Assembly (NCBI GenBank): GCA_021734445.1
Contig: JAIPIY010000002.1
Span: 32,786 to 96,785 of the forward strand
Length of the DNA stretch: 64,000 nt
From: Minisyncoccota bacterium
Lineage (GTDB): Bacteria; Patescibacteriota; Minisyncoccia; Phycocordibacterales; UBA1006
Direction: 5' to 3'
The translations under genes and the position numbers were made by a program. This document shows, piece after piece, positions 31,486 to 40,484 of this stretch. The notes beneath the pieces are model-generated. The model saw only the letters and a list, made by a program, of their open reading frames with translations. It was not told the origin of the DNA and did not search any database. Positions within the stretch are counted from its first letter, which is position 1; the number at the start of each line of letters is the position of its first letter.

Positions 31486-31517
31486 CCCGAACCGTTATAC
31501 GGTTCGGGTGTTTTTTT
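31486..31517 (+). terminator. Intrinsic terminator
   Basis: CCCGAACCGT-TAT-ACGGTTCGGG-TGTTTTTTT. Confidence 0.8.
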
Positions 31518-31519
31518 AT

Positions 31520-32197
31520 CTATTTCTCCCCTTTTCGCCAATTTTCTATTTTTTTATGATCACCAGATAATAATACTTTTGGGACCTTATAGTTTTTACC
31601 CTGCCAAGGTAAAATTTCTGGTCGTGTATACATTTCATGACTGGAAATACGATTTTCTTCGATTGATTCTTGTTTACCTAATACACCAGGAATTTGTCGC
31701 GCCATAACATCTATCATCACCATCGCAGCCAATTCCCCACCTGTCAGTATAAAATCCCCAATAGAAATTTCTGTAGCGCGTAATGCTTTTTTTACACGAC
31801 TGTCGATTCCCTCGTACCGCCCACAAATAATGATGATATCTTCCAAACCTTTTTTCGTAACCATCTTTTGTGCATAGGTATTGGTAAACATTTCACCACC
31901 CGCAGCGGTGATAAAAACCTTTGCGTTTTTCTTTTTTGACTGAATTTTTTTTACCGCTTCTAAAATAGGTTCGGCACGTAATATCATACCTGGACCACCT
32001 CCGTATGGTTTTTCATCCACCTGCGCAGAAATATTTCCATCTGGCCAAACTTTGCGATATTTACCACGAACAAAAGAACGCAATGGATAACACTTGATTG
32101 CAATTTTTTTATTTTTTATCGCGCGCCCTAAAATCGATTCATTAATATATGAATCGAACATCTCGGGAAATATGGTGATAATATGAAATGTAATCAT
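31520..32197 (-). CDS. trmD: tRNA (guanine37-N1)-methyltransferase
   Basis: PYGGGPGM, CGRYEGID, SIGDFILTGGE. Confidence 0.97.
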   Translation of the reverse strand: MITFHIITIFPEMFDSYINESILGRAIKNKKIAIKCYPLRSFVRGKYRKVWPDGNISAQVDEKPYGGGPGMILRAEPILEAVKKIQSKKKNAKVFITAAGGEMFTNTYAQKMVTKKGLEDIIIICGRYEGIDSRVKKALRATEISIGDFILTGGELAAMVMIDVMARQIPGVLGKQESIEENRISSHEMYTRPEILPWQGKNYKVPKVLLSGDHKKIENWRKGEK

Positions 32198-32248
32198 GTG
32201 TTGTGTATTATTTTCGTGATTGACTATTACCTGATATACTATACCTAT

Positions 32249-33328
32249 ATGGAAATTATAACAATTATTTTATTAGGTCTTGTAGTCGTTGCCGTTATCT
32301 ATCTTATTATAACACGCAATGCAAAACCACCAGAAGATACTACCGCATCGCAACTGATGATGCAACAACTCAATGAATTGATCCGCCGTCAGGACGATCT
32401 CAAAGAATCAGTAAATACAAAATTACATGAATCCAGCAAGGGTCTGTATGAATCATTAAAACATCAATCCAGTGAATCAATAAAAATTATTCGTGATGTA
32501 ACTGAACGATTAACCCAATTAGATGAAACCAATAAACAAGTTGTTTCATTTACCGACCAATTACAAAGTCTTCAAGACATTCTCAAAAATCCAAAACAAC
32601 GAGGAATACTAGGTGAATACTATTTGGAAACATTGTTGAAAAACACTTTACCTCCAGGTAGTTTTGAAATGCAGTACGCAATGGGAAAAGATGAAAATGG
32701 AAATGATTTAATTCCGGATGCCATTGTTCGTGTAAAAGACAAACTGATTCCTATTGATTCAAAATTCTCTTTGGAAAATTATAACCGTATCAGTGAAACC
32801 AGCGATCTGAAAGAAAAAGAACGTCTGGAAAAAATATTTGTAAATGATTTAAAAAATAGAATTACAGAAACTGCAAAATATATCCAACCAGCAAAAGGTA
32901 CTATGGAATTTGCATTTATGTTTATACCCCACGAAGCAATCTATTATGATCTACTAACCAATACTGTTGGCGCATTACGTGACGAAGAAGAAAGTCTTAT
33001 CCAACGGGCGGCATCAAAATACAAAGTCATTATTGTTTCCCCTACTTCGTTTTTGGCCTACTTACAAACAGTATTACAGGGATTAAAAGCATTACAAATC
33101 GAAGAACAGGCAGTCCACATTATCAAACGGGTTGGTGAGCTGGGTAAACATATGCAAACGTATGAAACGTATCATGCAAAAATGGGCAATGCATTGGGTA
33201 CCGTGGTAAACCACTGGAATGCATCTGCAAAAGAATTAAAAAAAGTGGACAAGGATGTTCTTCGTATCACAGGTGAAGCAATCAATATCGAACCGTTGTT
33301 ATTAGATAAACCAGACAGCGAAGAATAA
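32249..33328 (+). CDS. rmuC: DNA recombination protein RmuC
   Basis: TM helix plus coiled coil, PKQRGILGE, PD..IDSKFS, FAFMFIPHE, VSPTS. Confidence 0.92.
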   Translation: MEIITIILLGLVVVAVIYLIITRNAKPPEDTTASQLMMQQLNELIRRQDDLKESVNTKLHESSKGLYESLKHQSSESIKIIRDVTERLTQLDETNKQVVSFTDQLQSLQDILKNPKQRGILGEYYLETLLKNTLPPGSFEMQYAMGKDENGNDLIPDAIVRVKDKLIPIDSKFSLENYNRISETSDLKEKERLEKIFVNDLKNRITETAKYIQPAKGTMEFAFMFIPHEAIYYDLLTNTVGALRDEEESLIQRAASKYKVIIVSPTSFLAYLQTVLQGLKALQIEEQAVHIIKRVGELGKHMQTYETYHAKMGNALGTVVNHWNASAKELKKVDKDVLRITGEAINIEPLLLDKPDSEE

Positions 33329-33360
33329 ACAAAACCGGGACACGTCCCGGTTTTGTTTAT
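33325..33360. terminator. Bidirectional terminator
   Basis: ATAAACAAAACCGGGAC-AC-GTCCCGGTTTTGTTTAT. Confidence 0.8.
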
Positions 33361-33376
33361 CTCTTTTATTATAGCA

Positions 33377-34192
33377 TTATCTGAGAAATACAACCAACAG
33401 AATCATTGCAATAGGTGCCAACAATCCAAACGTAGCCAACCCAACAAACCAAGGACGAGAAATAGATCGACTTTCTTCTGATGCGTGATAACTATTTTTC
33501 AAAGAAATATATAATCTGTATGCATACAGAACAAAAAATGGAATTAACGCAAATGAAATTGCAGTTGAAACCAAATCACCTACCATAGGAGAAATCAATC
33601 CAAACAACCACGCAGTCCCATCAGATGCAACAATTGCCATGGCAATCAAGAACAAAAGACGTCCAAATACTGACCACCAACGACCAGATACATATCGCGC
33701 GCTTTGCATCAGTGCATCAAAGAAAGATTTCTTTTCTTTTAATACAATGAAACTTGAGAATGATACTAATACCCCAAAGAAGATTCCAGGTAAGATAGCC
33801 AAAAACATTCCTCCAACGATTGTTAACGCAGACAACAGAGATGTTCCCAAAAATACACCTAAAACACTCCATGCATTTTTGTAGATTGTTTTAATGTCTT
33901 GCTTTTCTTCGACATGAATAATACCGAACATAATAGCAACCTGCCCCCACACTTGAATCAATATCATCAAAAGAACCGACAACATTGAAAAAAGAATGCC
34001 CACGATTAACGATGGACCAGTAATCCAACCTAACACAAGAAATATTCCTAAAACCAACATACCCACAAAAAATGGAATTGCCATTAATGTTACAAAACGC
34101 AAAATATGTTCTGTATACGTAGCCCAAGATTCTTTTACTAATGCGACTGGAGATGGTAATGCTGTGTTTTTTGTATTCTTTTCTTCTGACAT
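33377..34192 (-). CDS. Multi-pass membrane protein
   Basis: Several TM helices; ALMQSARYVSGRWWSVFGR. Confidence 0.8.
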   Translation of the reverse strand: MSEEKNTKNTALPSPVALVKESWATYTEHILRFVTLMAIPFFVGMLVLGIFLVLGWITGPSLIVGILFSMLSVLLMILIQVWGQVAIMFGIIHVEEKQDIKTIYKNAWSVLGVFLGTSLLSALTIVGGMFLAILPGIFFGVLVSFSSFIVLKEKKSFFDALMQSARYVSGRWWSVFGRLLFLIAMAIVASDGTAWLFGLISPMVGDLVSTAISFALIPFFVLYAYRLYISLKNSYHASEESRSISRPWFVGLATFGLLAPIAMILLVVFLR

Positions 34193-34241
34193 AATGAATA
34201 TGTATTATTTGTAAATATATAAAAAGTATACCATAAAAACA

Positions 34242-34895
34242 TTAATAAATAAAAATGACCGACCCAGTTGCCAGGATCGGTCTTTGTGCAACTCTGCGAT
34301 TTTTTGCAATACGCACCGTTGCCAATTCAGGTGCAGGACTAAATACCCCAGAAATCGCTGAGTCGATAGATTCGACAAATGATTTCCACCATTTTTTAAC
34401 CTTACTGGTTTTGTGTGGTTTTGGGGTGCAGGAGGCAAAGTAGAAACCCAGAACTATAAACATATGTTCTAATTTCAACAAAATTGCCTTAATTACCATA
34501 AAAGATTTTTCTGGATGGGAAGTCTCTACGCCAATGGGCGCAAACACTACCCACAGAAAAAACATTGAGAACACAATCCTGAATAAAGACCACTTTATTG
34601 CTAAAAAATTTCCAAAATGGGGGTTATCCAAGCATACTTCCTCTATATATTTCATGATTTGCATCCAGCTAAAAACTATAGCTATCCAGGCTAGATCAAA
34701 TAAAGTACCAATGATTACGAAAAAATCTATCTCTTTTACCATACTCAAAGAAATTATTCTGGCCCAACCAAGCAAACATACCGACAACACGAAACAAATT
34801 CGCGCAATCGTGAAATTGTTAATCCCAAACCATTCTTGAAACCAATCAGAAACGTCTTGAAATTTATTCAGCAGAATCATGTCAATTGAATGCAT
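34242..34895 (-). CDS. Hypothetical membrane protein (orphan unit)
   Basis: 4 TM helices, ASCTPKP; TTGACA upstream; hairpin at 34257-34282. Confidence 0.7.
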   Translation of the reverse strand: MHSIDMILLNKFQDVSDWFQEWFGINNFTIARICFVLSVCLLGWARIISLSMVKEIDFFVIIGTLFDLAWIAIVFSWMQIMKYIEEVCLDNPHFGNFLAIKWSLFRIVFSMFFLWVVFAPIGVETSHPEKSFMVIKAILLKLEHMFIVLGFYFASCTPKPHKTSKVKKWWKSFVESIDSAISGVFSPAPELATVRIAKNRRVAQRPILATGSVIFIY

Positions 34896-34969
34896 CTTTA
34901 TTTGTGTGTTAAGTGAAAGACCAAATGAGAATTGATTCTATAATTACATATTATACACACTATGTCAAT

Positions 34970-35224
34970 CTACCGTATTTTTTCCTCTTCTAACAGTTTC
35001 TTTTTCATTTCTGATCCTCCGCGATTATAATCCCCCACTGTTCCGTCGCTTTTTATCACCCGATGACATGACACAGTCAGGTCATAATTCTTTTTCATTA
35101 TGGAACCAACTGCACGTGCTGATCCGGGACTACCCGCCATATCTGCAACCTGTTTATAAGTCATGGTTTTTCCCTTTTTTATTTTTCTCACAATAGCTAA
35201 AACTTTTTTAGTGAATTCAGTCAT
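34970..35224 (-). CDS. MGMT-family alkyltransferase DNA-binding protein
   Basis: TYKQVA..ARAVG..SCHRVI. Confidence 0.88.
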   Translation of the reverse strand: MTEFTKKVLAIVRKIKKGKTMTYKQVADMAGSPGSARAVGSIMKKNYDLTVSCHRVIKSDGTVGDYNRGGSEMKKKLLEEEKIR

Positions 35225-35229
35225 ATGAA

Positions 35230-35721
35230 TTATAGGAAATCTTTTTCTTCTATTACACAAATAATAGATTTGCTTTTTGATCGATTTAAAACAACCACGG
35301 GTTTTGTAAATTTAACCCCCAATGGAAATAGTTTTTCTTTTGTATCTTTAATACTACTGCCGGTGGTAAATACATCATCGATAATACACACGATGTCTTT
35401 TTTATTTGGAATATATCCATCGATTACCTTTTTCGTACCGTGATCTTTTACCTTGTCACGCACTAATACCAACGGTAATTTCTTTTTGTATGCAACCAAT
35501 GATGTCAATGTAATCCCACCATATCCCGAACCAGCAATACAGGTTGCTTGTGATGGTACCAATGGTAACAATGCGCGAACAATATGTTGCAACAATTTTG
35601 GATCACCCAAAGACTTTTTAATATCACAATAATAATTCGAAGATTCACCATTTCGTAAGACAAAATCACCTTGTACAAATATTCCTTTTTCTTTTAACTT
35701 TTTCACCAAAGAGTTATTCAT
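35230..35721 (-). CDS. pyrE: Orotate phosphoribosyltransferase-like protein
   Basis: FVLRNG.SNYYCD, KDHGT, IIDDVFTTGSS PRPP motif. Confidence 0.82.
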   Translation of the reverse strand: MNNSLVKKLKEKGIFVQGDFVLRNGESSNYYCDIKKSLGDPKLLQHIVRALLPLVPSQATCIAGSGYGGITLTSLVAYKKKLPLVLVRDKVKDHGTKKVIDGYIPNKKDIVCIIDDVFTTGSSIKDTKEKLFPLGVKFTKPVVVLNRSKSKSIICVIEEKDFL

Positions 35722-37279
35722 GTTTTTTATTTCCTATACTATAAAAATATCCATCTCGTGAACCCATGTATAACACATCATCCCATAACGCTGGGGTAGA
35801 TTCGATACAATTCCCACCGGGTGTTTGATATTCATACAGTAAATCAGGTATACGTGGATTTTTCAAAGAATATTTTCGTAATGTCCCCGTGCAGGTTGCA
35901 ACCAATAGTTCATCTTGGGAAATTATTGGCGATGACCACGCGTGCCAACCAATAGCATCTCTCCAGACAACCTTTCCCGTATCAGTATCTACTACCAATA
36001 ATTCTCCTGGATTTGTTGGTACGTACAAAAAACCTTTGTACAATGCAGGTGTTGCCCATACACCACCCATGATTCCGGTTTCTGTTGATGGAATATGCAC
36101 GCTCCATACCAATGGATTCTTTTTTCGTGGATCCAATTTTACCAATTGTCCGATTTCTTTTGATCGTTCGTTTAATCTTTGTTCTTGGATTGCTACGTAT
36201 AAAAACCCCTGTTCGTCTATGACAATCGTTGCATCGGTATCATCTCCGACCCAATAATCAAAAACGGGTTCTGCATTTCCTGTTTGTATATCAGGAATAG
36301 AAAATCCCATGACACGCCCGCCAGAATTTGAAAAATATATTATGCCATCGTGTACTGCAACTGAACTTTCGATACTGACATTTCTGCCCACCTTCGCAAT
36401 TAGTTCATCATCATATGATGGTGTGGTAAATATAATTTGTGGATCAACCGTTATATTACCCATAGCATCTTTTTTCCGGTTTAATTGTATTGCAAAAAAC
36501 CAACCATTCTCCCCGCCTGTATACATTATGTCATTAATAATCACTGGATTAGAATCCCAATCGTTATTCCAGATTCCAGGCAAATCAGCCGAATCCAAAG
36601 ACCATAATTCTTTTGGAGTATTTTCCGTCAAAGATACAATACGCAATTTATTATCGCGAGAACCAAAATATATCAAAGGAAACCCATCAGGATCCAACGT
36701 TACAGAACCTTTGATAATGTCGCCCGTCGCAAATGCAGGTCGAGTTGCCATGCCTGTTTTTGCATCGACAAAATGCACCTGCTTATCGTATGCACCAAAA
36801 ATAATTTCCGTTACATCATCATGCACATACACCACAGGTTGTCCTGTCCATCCGTTTCCACACCATTTTTTTGTAATTCCCTTGTCGGTACTGTCTGCAC
36901 ACATACGTTTTTCAGGATATCGCCACAATACCTGTGGATCTGTTGGCAATCTACTGTCGCCATACCATGTTCGTGATGGGTTACCACGGAACATCGTTAT
37001 ACCCTCTCCCCATGCACCTAATAAAAATGTATTTGATACTAAAACTTCTTCTGGTAATTGATAAATATACGATTGAATATCTTGAACCACGACAGCATCC
37101 CCAACAGATGCAACTACGTGATTATGTGAAATAGGAAGATATTGCAAAGCATAGGTAGATACGGGTACCCCAGCAATAAAAAAATACATTATCATTCCCC
37201 CAATACCCCATAACAAACATCCAACAACCATATGTTGTATGCGTTGTTTTTGTGCTGGGATATAAGGTTCGTTATTCAC
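35714..37279 (-). CDS. PQQ-like beta-propeller repeat protein, membrane-anchored
   Basis: Repeated SSP/STP...W propeller units; probable GTG start at 37279. Confidence 0.8.
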   Translation of the reverse strand: MNNEPYIPAQKQRIQHMVVGCLLWGIGGMIMYFFIAGVPVSTYALQYLPISHNHVVASVGDAVVVQDIQSYIYQLPEEVLVSNTFLLGAWGEGITMFRGNPSRTWYGDSRLPTDPQVLWRYPEKRMCADSTDKGITKKWCGNGWTGQPVVYVHDDVTEIIFGAYDKQVHFVDAKTGMATRPAFATGDIIKGSVTLDPDGFPLIYFGSRDNKLRIVSLTENTPKELWSLDSADLPGIWNNDWDSNPVIINDIMYTGGENGWFFAIQLNRKKDAMGNITVDPQIIFTTPSYDDELIAKVGRNVSIESSVAVHDGIIYFSNSGGRVMGFSIPDIQTGNAEPVFDYWVGDDTDATIVIDEQGFLYVAIQEQRLNERSKEIGQLVKLDPRKKNPLVWSVHIPSTETGIMGGVWATPALYKGFLYVPTNPGELLVVDTDTGKVVWRDAIGWHAWSSPIISQDELLVATCTGTLRKYSLKNPRIPDLLYEYQTPGGNCIESTPALWDDVLYMGSRDGYFYSIGNKKHE

Positions 37280-37289
37280 AAAAAAATAA

Positions 37290-37631
37290 TTATTGTAATC
37301 TATCTCCAATACGCACAGCATCCGGATGCGAAGCGGTAATCACAACCCAACCATCGCCGGCATGATTTTCTAATCCTAATGTTAAAACTTCGGATGTAAA
37401 ATGTGCAATCTTTCGGGGTGGAAAGTTCACCACGCACAAAACCAACATGCCCAATAATTCTTCTTTGGTGTGGGCACCAACCAACTGAGCGCTGGAGTTT
37501 TTAACACCCAATACATCTCCGAAATCTATACGTAATTGGAATGCAGGCTTTTTCGCTTCAGGAAAATCATTTACTTCAATAATTTTTCCCAATCGTATAT
37601 CCAGTTTTTCAAAATCTTCTATCGTTGCCAT
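37290..37631 (-). CDS. csaA: tRNA-binding/export chaperone CsaA
   Basis: DFEKLDIRLG, SSAQL, VVNFPPRKIA..SEVLTLG. Confidence 0.9.
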   Translation of the reverse strand: MATIEDFEKLDIRLGKIIEVNDFPEAKKPAFQLRIDFGDVLGVKNSSAQLVGAHTKEELLGMLVLCVVNFPPRKIAHFTSEVLTLGLENHAGDGWVVITASHPDAVRIGDRLQ

Positions 37632-37721
37632 ATGCGTATATACTATAGTATTTTTTACAAAATAACCACATAATAAGAACTATTTTTGTAATATTTAACC
37701 AAGATAAATAAAAACCCCTAC

Positions 37722-38315
37722 CTAATCGGTAAAGGCTTTGGAGAGTTTTTCTCCATATTTTTTTATAGACTCATTCACGACAGAGTAGCCACTTTCTGGT
37801 ATATCAATCTCTGGACCAATGGTTGGAATAGAAATATGATCATTAACCTTTTTTTGTGGAATTTTTCTTGACCCACCATAATCAACAAGGATAATACCTT
37901 TGTTCGTTTTTATCCAATCCTTGGAAAGAACAGTATGATCTCCTCCTGCAAATCTCATTTCATCTTCAGAAAGGACCCGCTTGAGTCTCCTCATAACTTC
38001 ATCAAAAGAGACAATCTCTCCCTCGATTTTCTCACTGATTACTAACCAGTTGGTTATCTTGATGTAAGATGGAGCCAAGAAATCCAAAGGAGTTTGCTTG
38101 TACAAATTAAATTCAGTTTTATTTGAATGCAAGCCAGCCTGAATGCGATTTAGTAAAAGCTTACCATGGTTTTTAGTAATACTTTTTTCTGTTTCGTCAA
38201 ACTCAAAAAGATAAGTCCATCTCACTCTTATATACGCAAAAATATCTCTTGGAAATTTTAAAGCGTACGGTCCAATAAAAATTACTTGTCTGGTTGTTCC
38301 GTCTTTTATGTTCAT
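37722..38315 (-). CDS. Hypothetical protein, possible kinase-like fold
   Basis: GTTRQV..ALKFP, N.TE..LY, LVDYG; promoter TTGACT-16-TATAAT. Confidence 0.6.
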   Translation of the reverse strand: MNIKDGTTRQVIFIGPYALKFPRDIFAYIRVRWTYLFEFDETEKSITKNHGKLLLNRIQAGLHSNKTEFNLYKQTPLDFLAPSYIKITNWLVISEKIEGEIVSFDEVMRRLKRVLSEDEMRFAGGDHTVLSKDWIKTNKGIILVDYGGSRKIPQKKVNDHISIPTIGPEIDIPESGYSVVNESIKKYGEKLSKAFTD

Positions 38316-38445
38316 TTTTTCTAAGATCTAATCTTGGTTTATTATACTACATCTATAATAAAAGTCAACATTAGAAATTCAAACAACTAAAAAGATTGAC
38401 TCGTATATCGTACATCAACTTTTTTTATAAAAATGAAAAGAATCT

Positions 38446-39459
38446 TTACATCTGCGAAGTAACGTATGCTTTTGATTTTGGTCCATAAATACCATCTGCA
38501 ACCAATCCAACTGATGCTTGATAATCAATCAATGCCTGTCGAGTAATAGGACCAAACGCCCCGTCAGCAATTACCCGAGATGCAGAACCAACACCCTTTT
38601 TAACAAGAAAATTTTGCAATATCACCACCTCGGGACCCCGAGACCCAACACGCAATGTGCCAGTTGATGACCCATACGATACCACTACAACAGGAGCAAC
38701 GATTGTTTCCATTGCATCTTGTGTTGCGTCAGGAAGATCAATATCTTGCGCCATTGCTGTGATAAAAACTGATCGAAATTTTGTTACCAAAAATTCTGCC
38801 AATTCATCTTCGTCATCTGCATCGTCAAGAATTTTTTCAAGATATTCTATCGTGTCATCCAAATCAAACACCTGAGTCAAACGTGGATAAGGATCTATTG
38901 CATCTCCATCTTCATCCCGGATTTCAAAATGCAAATGCGGTGCAGCGGCAACCGCGTTACCGGTGTGTCCAACATACCCAATCAAATCCCCTGCTTCTAA
39001 TACATCTCCTTCGTCAATATCAGCAAGTTCACTGAGGTGCATATACACAAATGATTCATCTCCGGGTACAGCCGTAGCAACGAACAAGCCTGATCCAGAT
39101 CCATCACCCATTCGGGTTACAACAGCATCAGTTGGAGAAACAATAGGTGTTCCTTCGGCAGCCATAATATCCAACCCTTCGTGTAAATGTCCTACACGTT
39201 GATCACCAAAATTTCTTGTAAGATTTTTCAGTCCCACCCCAAACAAAACAGGTATGGAAATGTCTTCTACTGGATCATTATCCAGATCTTCGATATTTTC
39301 TCGCATCTCACTGTTACCATAACGCCAATCTGATGTACCGCGTCCAAAACCATCACCGTCATCATAATCACGATGATTAGCAAACAAAGAAACCGGTGCA
39401 ACAACTAATAAACCAATCAAAGACAGATTTGCAACAAATTGTACGGTTTTTTTATTCAT
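38446..39459 (-). CDS. M23 metallopeptidase with a peptidoglycan-binding domain
   Basis: HEGLDI, YMHL, PHLHFEI; C-terminal LQ.FL..ADG.FGP.T. Confidence 0.92.
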   Translation of the reverse strand: MNKKTVQFVANLSLIGLLVVAPVSLFANHRDYDDGDGFGRGTSDWRYGNSEMRENIEDLDNDPVEDISIPVLFGVGLKNLTRNFGDQRVGHLHEGLDIMAAEGTPIVSPTDAVVTRMGDGSGSGLFVATAVPGDESFVYMHLSELADIDEGDVLEAGDLIGYVGHTGNAVAAAPHLHFEIRDEDGDAIDPYPRLTQVFDLDDTIEYLEKILDDADDEDELAEFLVTKFRSVFITAMAQDIDLPDATQDAMETIVAPVVVVSYGSSTGTLRVGSRGPEVVILQNFLVKKGVGSASRVIADGAFGPITRQALIDYQASVGLVADGIYGPKSKAYVTSQM

Positions 39460-39596
39460 GTATTCATTGTAGCACGTATATATCTTGTTATTTCATTATT
39501 GGTCAATATAAACTTATCTTTTTTCTTTTACGATTTTTAACAAAATAAACCCCAACAGGTGGTCCAGGCTATCGTTTCTTGCATTATCAGGAAATA

Positions 39597-39625
39597 TTGA
39601 CATTATACTATAAAAGTGCTATAAT
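39597..39625 (+). promoter_or_regulatory. Perfect consensus sigma70 promoter
   Basis: TTGACA-17-TATAAT with extended TG. Confidence 0.85.
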
Positions 39626-39680
39626 ATAATAAGACAGTGAACGCATATATCTGTCAATAATTGGACATTCACAATTGAAA

Positions 39681-40115
39681 ATGAATCTCATGAAAACTTT
39701 GAAAACCATTTGGGTAATTACAGCAATCGTTTCATCTGTTGGTAGCTTGGTATTGATTGGATTCTCCATATCAAAGCCAGAACTTCATCTTGTACAGTTT
39801 CTTATAAATGTCATGTTCAAATTGATGGCAATCACCAGCATCCTGCCGGCAATTACCTTCTTTTCACAACTCGCTTACCAAGGTGATTTTTCACACATGT
39901 CATCATCTCTTGTATGCGAGGTTTCTATTAAAATCATATCATTAGTTATGGCAATCTCGTTTCTTGGAGTGTTTTCAATCGTGATACCAATTCCATTTTT
40001 GGCAAATATGCATGCATTTCCGGTCGGACAATTACCAATTCATAACATTGTAATTTCTGCCGTTGTTGGAATCATCGGAGTTTTGGCCATAAGAAAATCG
40101 GGGGCTGTCCTGTAG
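39681..40115 (+). CDS. Hypothetical 4-TM orphan protein
   Basis: Hydrophobic ORF downstream of the consensus promoter. Confidence 0.7.
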   Translation: MNLMKTLKTIWVITAIVSSVGSLVLIGFSISKPELHLVQFLINVMFKLMAITSILPAITFFSQLAYQGDFSHMSSSLVCEVSIKIISLVMAISFLGVFSIVIPIPFLANMHAFPVGQLPIHNIVISAVVGIIGVLAIRKSGAVL

Positions 40116-40131
40116 GACAATCCCAGCAACC

Positions 40132-40169
40132 AAAAAGGTTGACACACACATCGTGCGTCAACCTTTTTT
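40132..40169. terminator. Bidirectional terminator
   Basis: AAAAAGGTTGAC...GTCAACCTTTTT between convergent genes. Confidence 0.75.
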
Positions 40170-40183
40170 ATTTATTATACCTA

Positions 40184-40402
40184 TTATAAATTTTTACTAT
40201 TTTCAGTTGGTTCTTTTTTATTCAAAGCAAAAGCAGAATATGCCAACAATAATGCACAAATAAATGCGACTACAGAAACACCTACAACAATTTCTGTTTC
40301 AGCAACGAATACTTGCCACCCCAAAATCGCACGTATCAGATGTAATGTTGCTACAATACAGAAAATAGCACCAGTGATATAATTAAAAGCTTTTTGATTC
40401 AT
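40184..40402 (-). CDS. Small 2-TM membrane protein
   Basis: IF.IVA.LHLIR...GW; TATTAT 6 nt upstream of the ATG. Confidence 0.75.
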   Translation of the reverse strand: MNQKAFNYITGAIFCIVATLHLIRAILGWQVFVAETEIVVGVSVVAFICALLLAYSAFALNKKEPTENSKNL

Positions 40403-40484
40403 ATGTATATAATAGCATATATTTATTAATTACAATGTAATTATTTCTCTTTTTTACACAAGATACTAGGGATTACAACCAATA

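Noticed and set aside
36309-37061. 250-aa antisense ORF and many similar shadow ORFs
   Set aside because: They lie opposite well-supported genes, have no motifs or expression signals, and are explained by codon bias.
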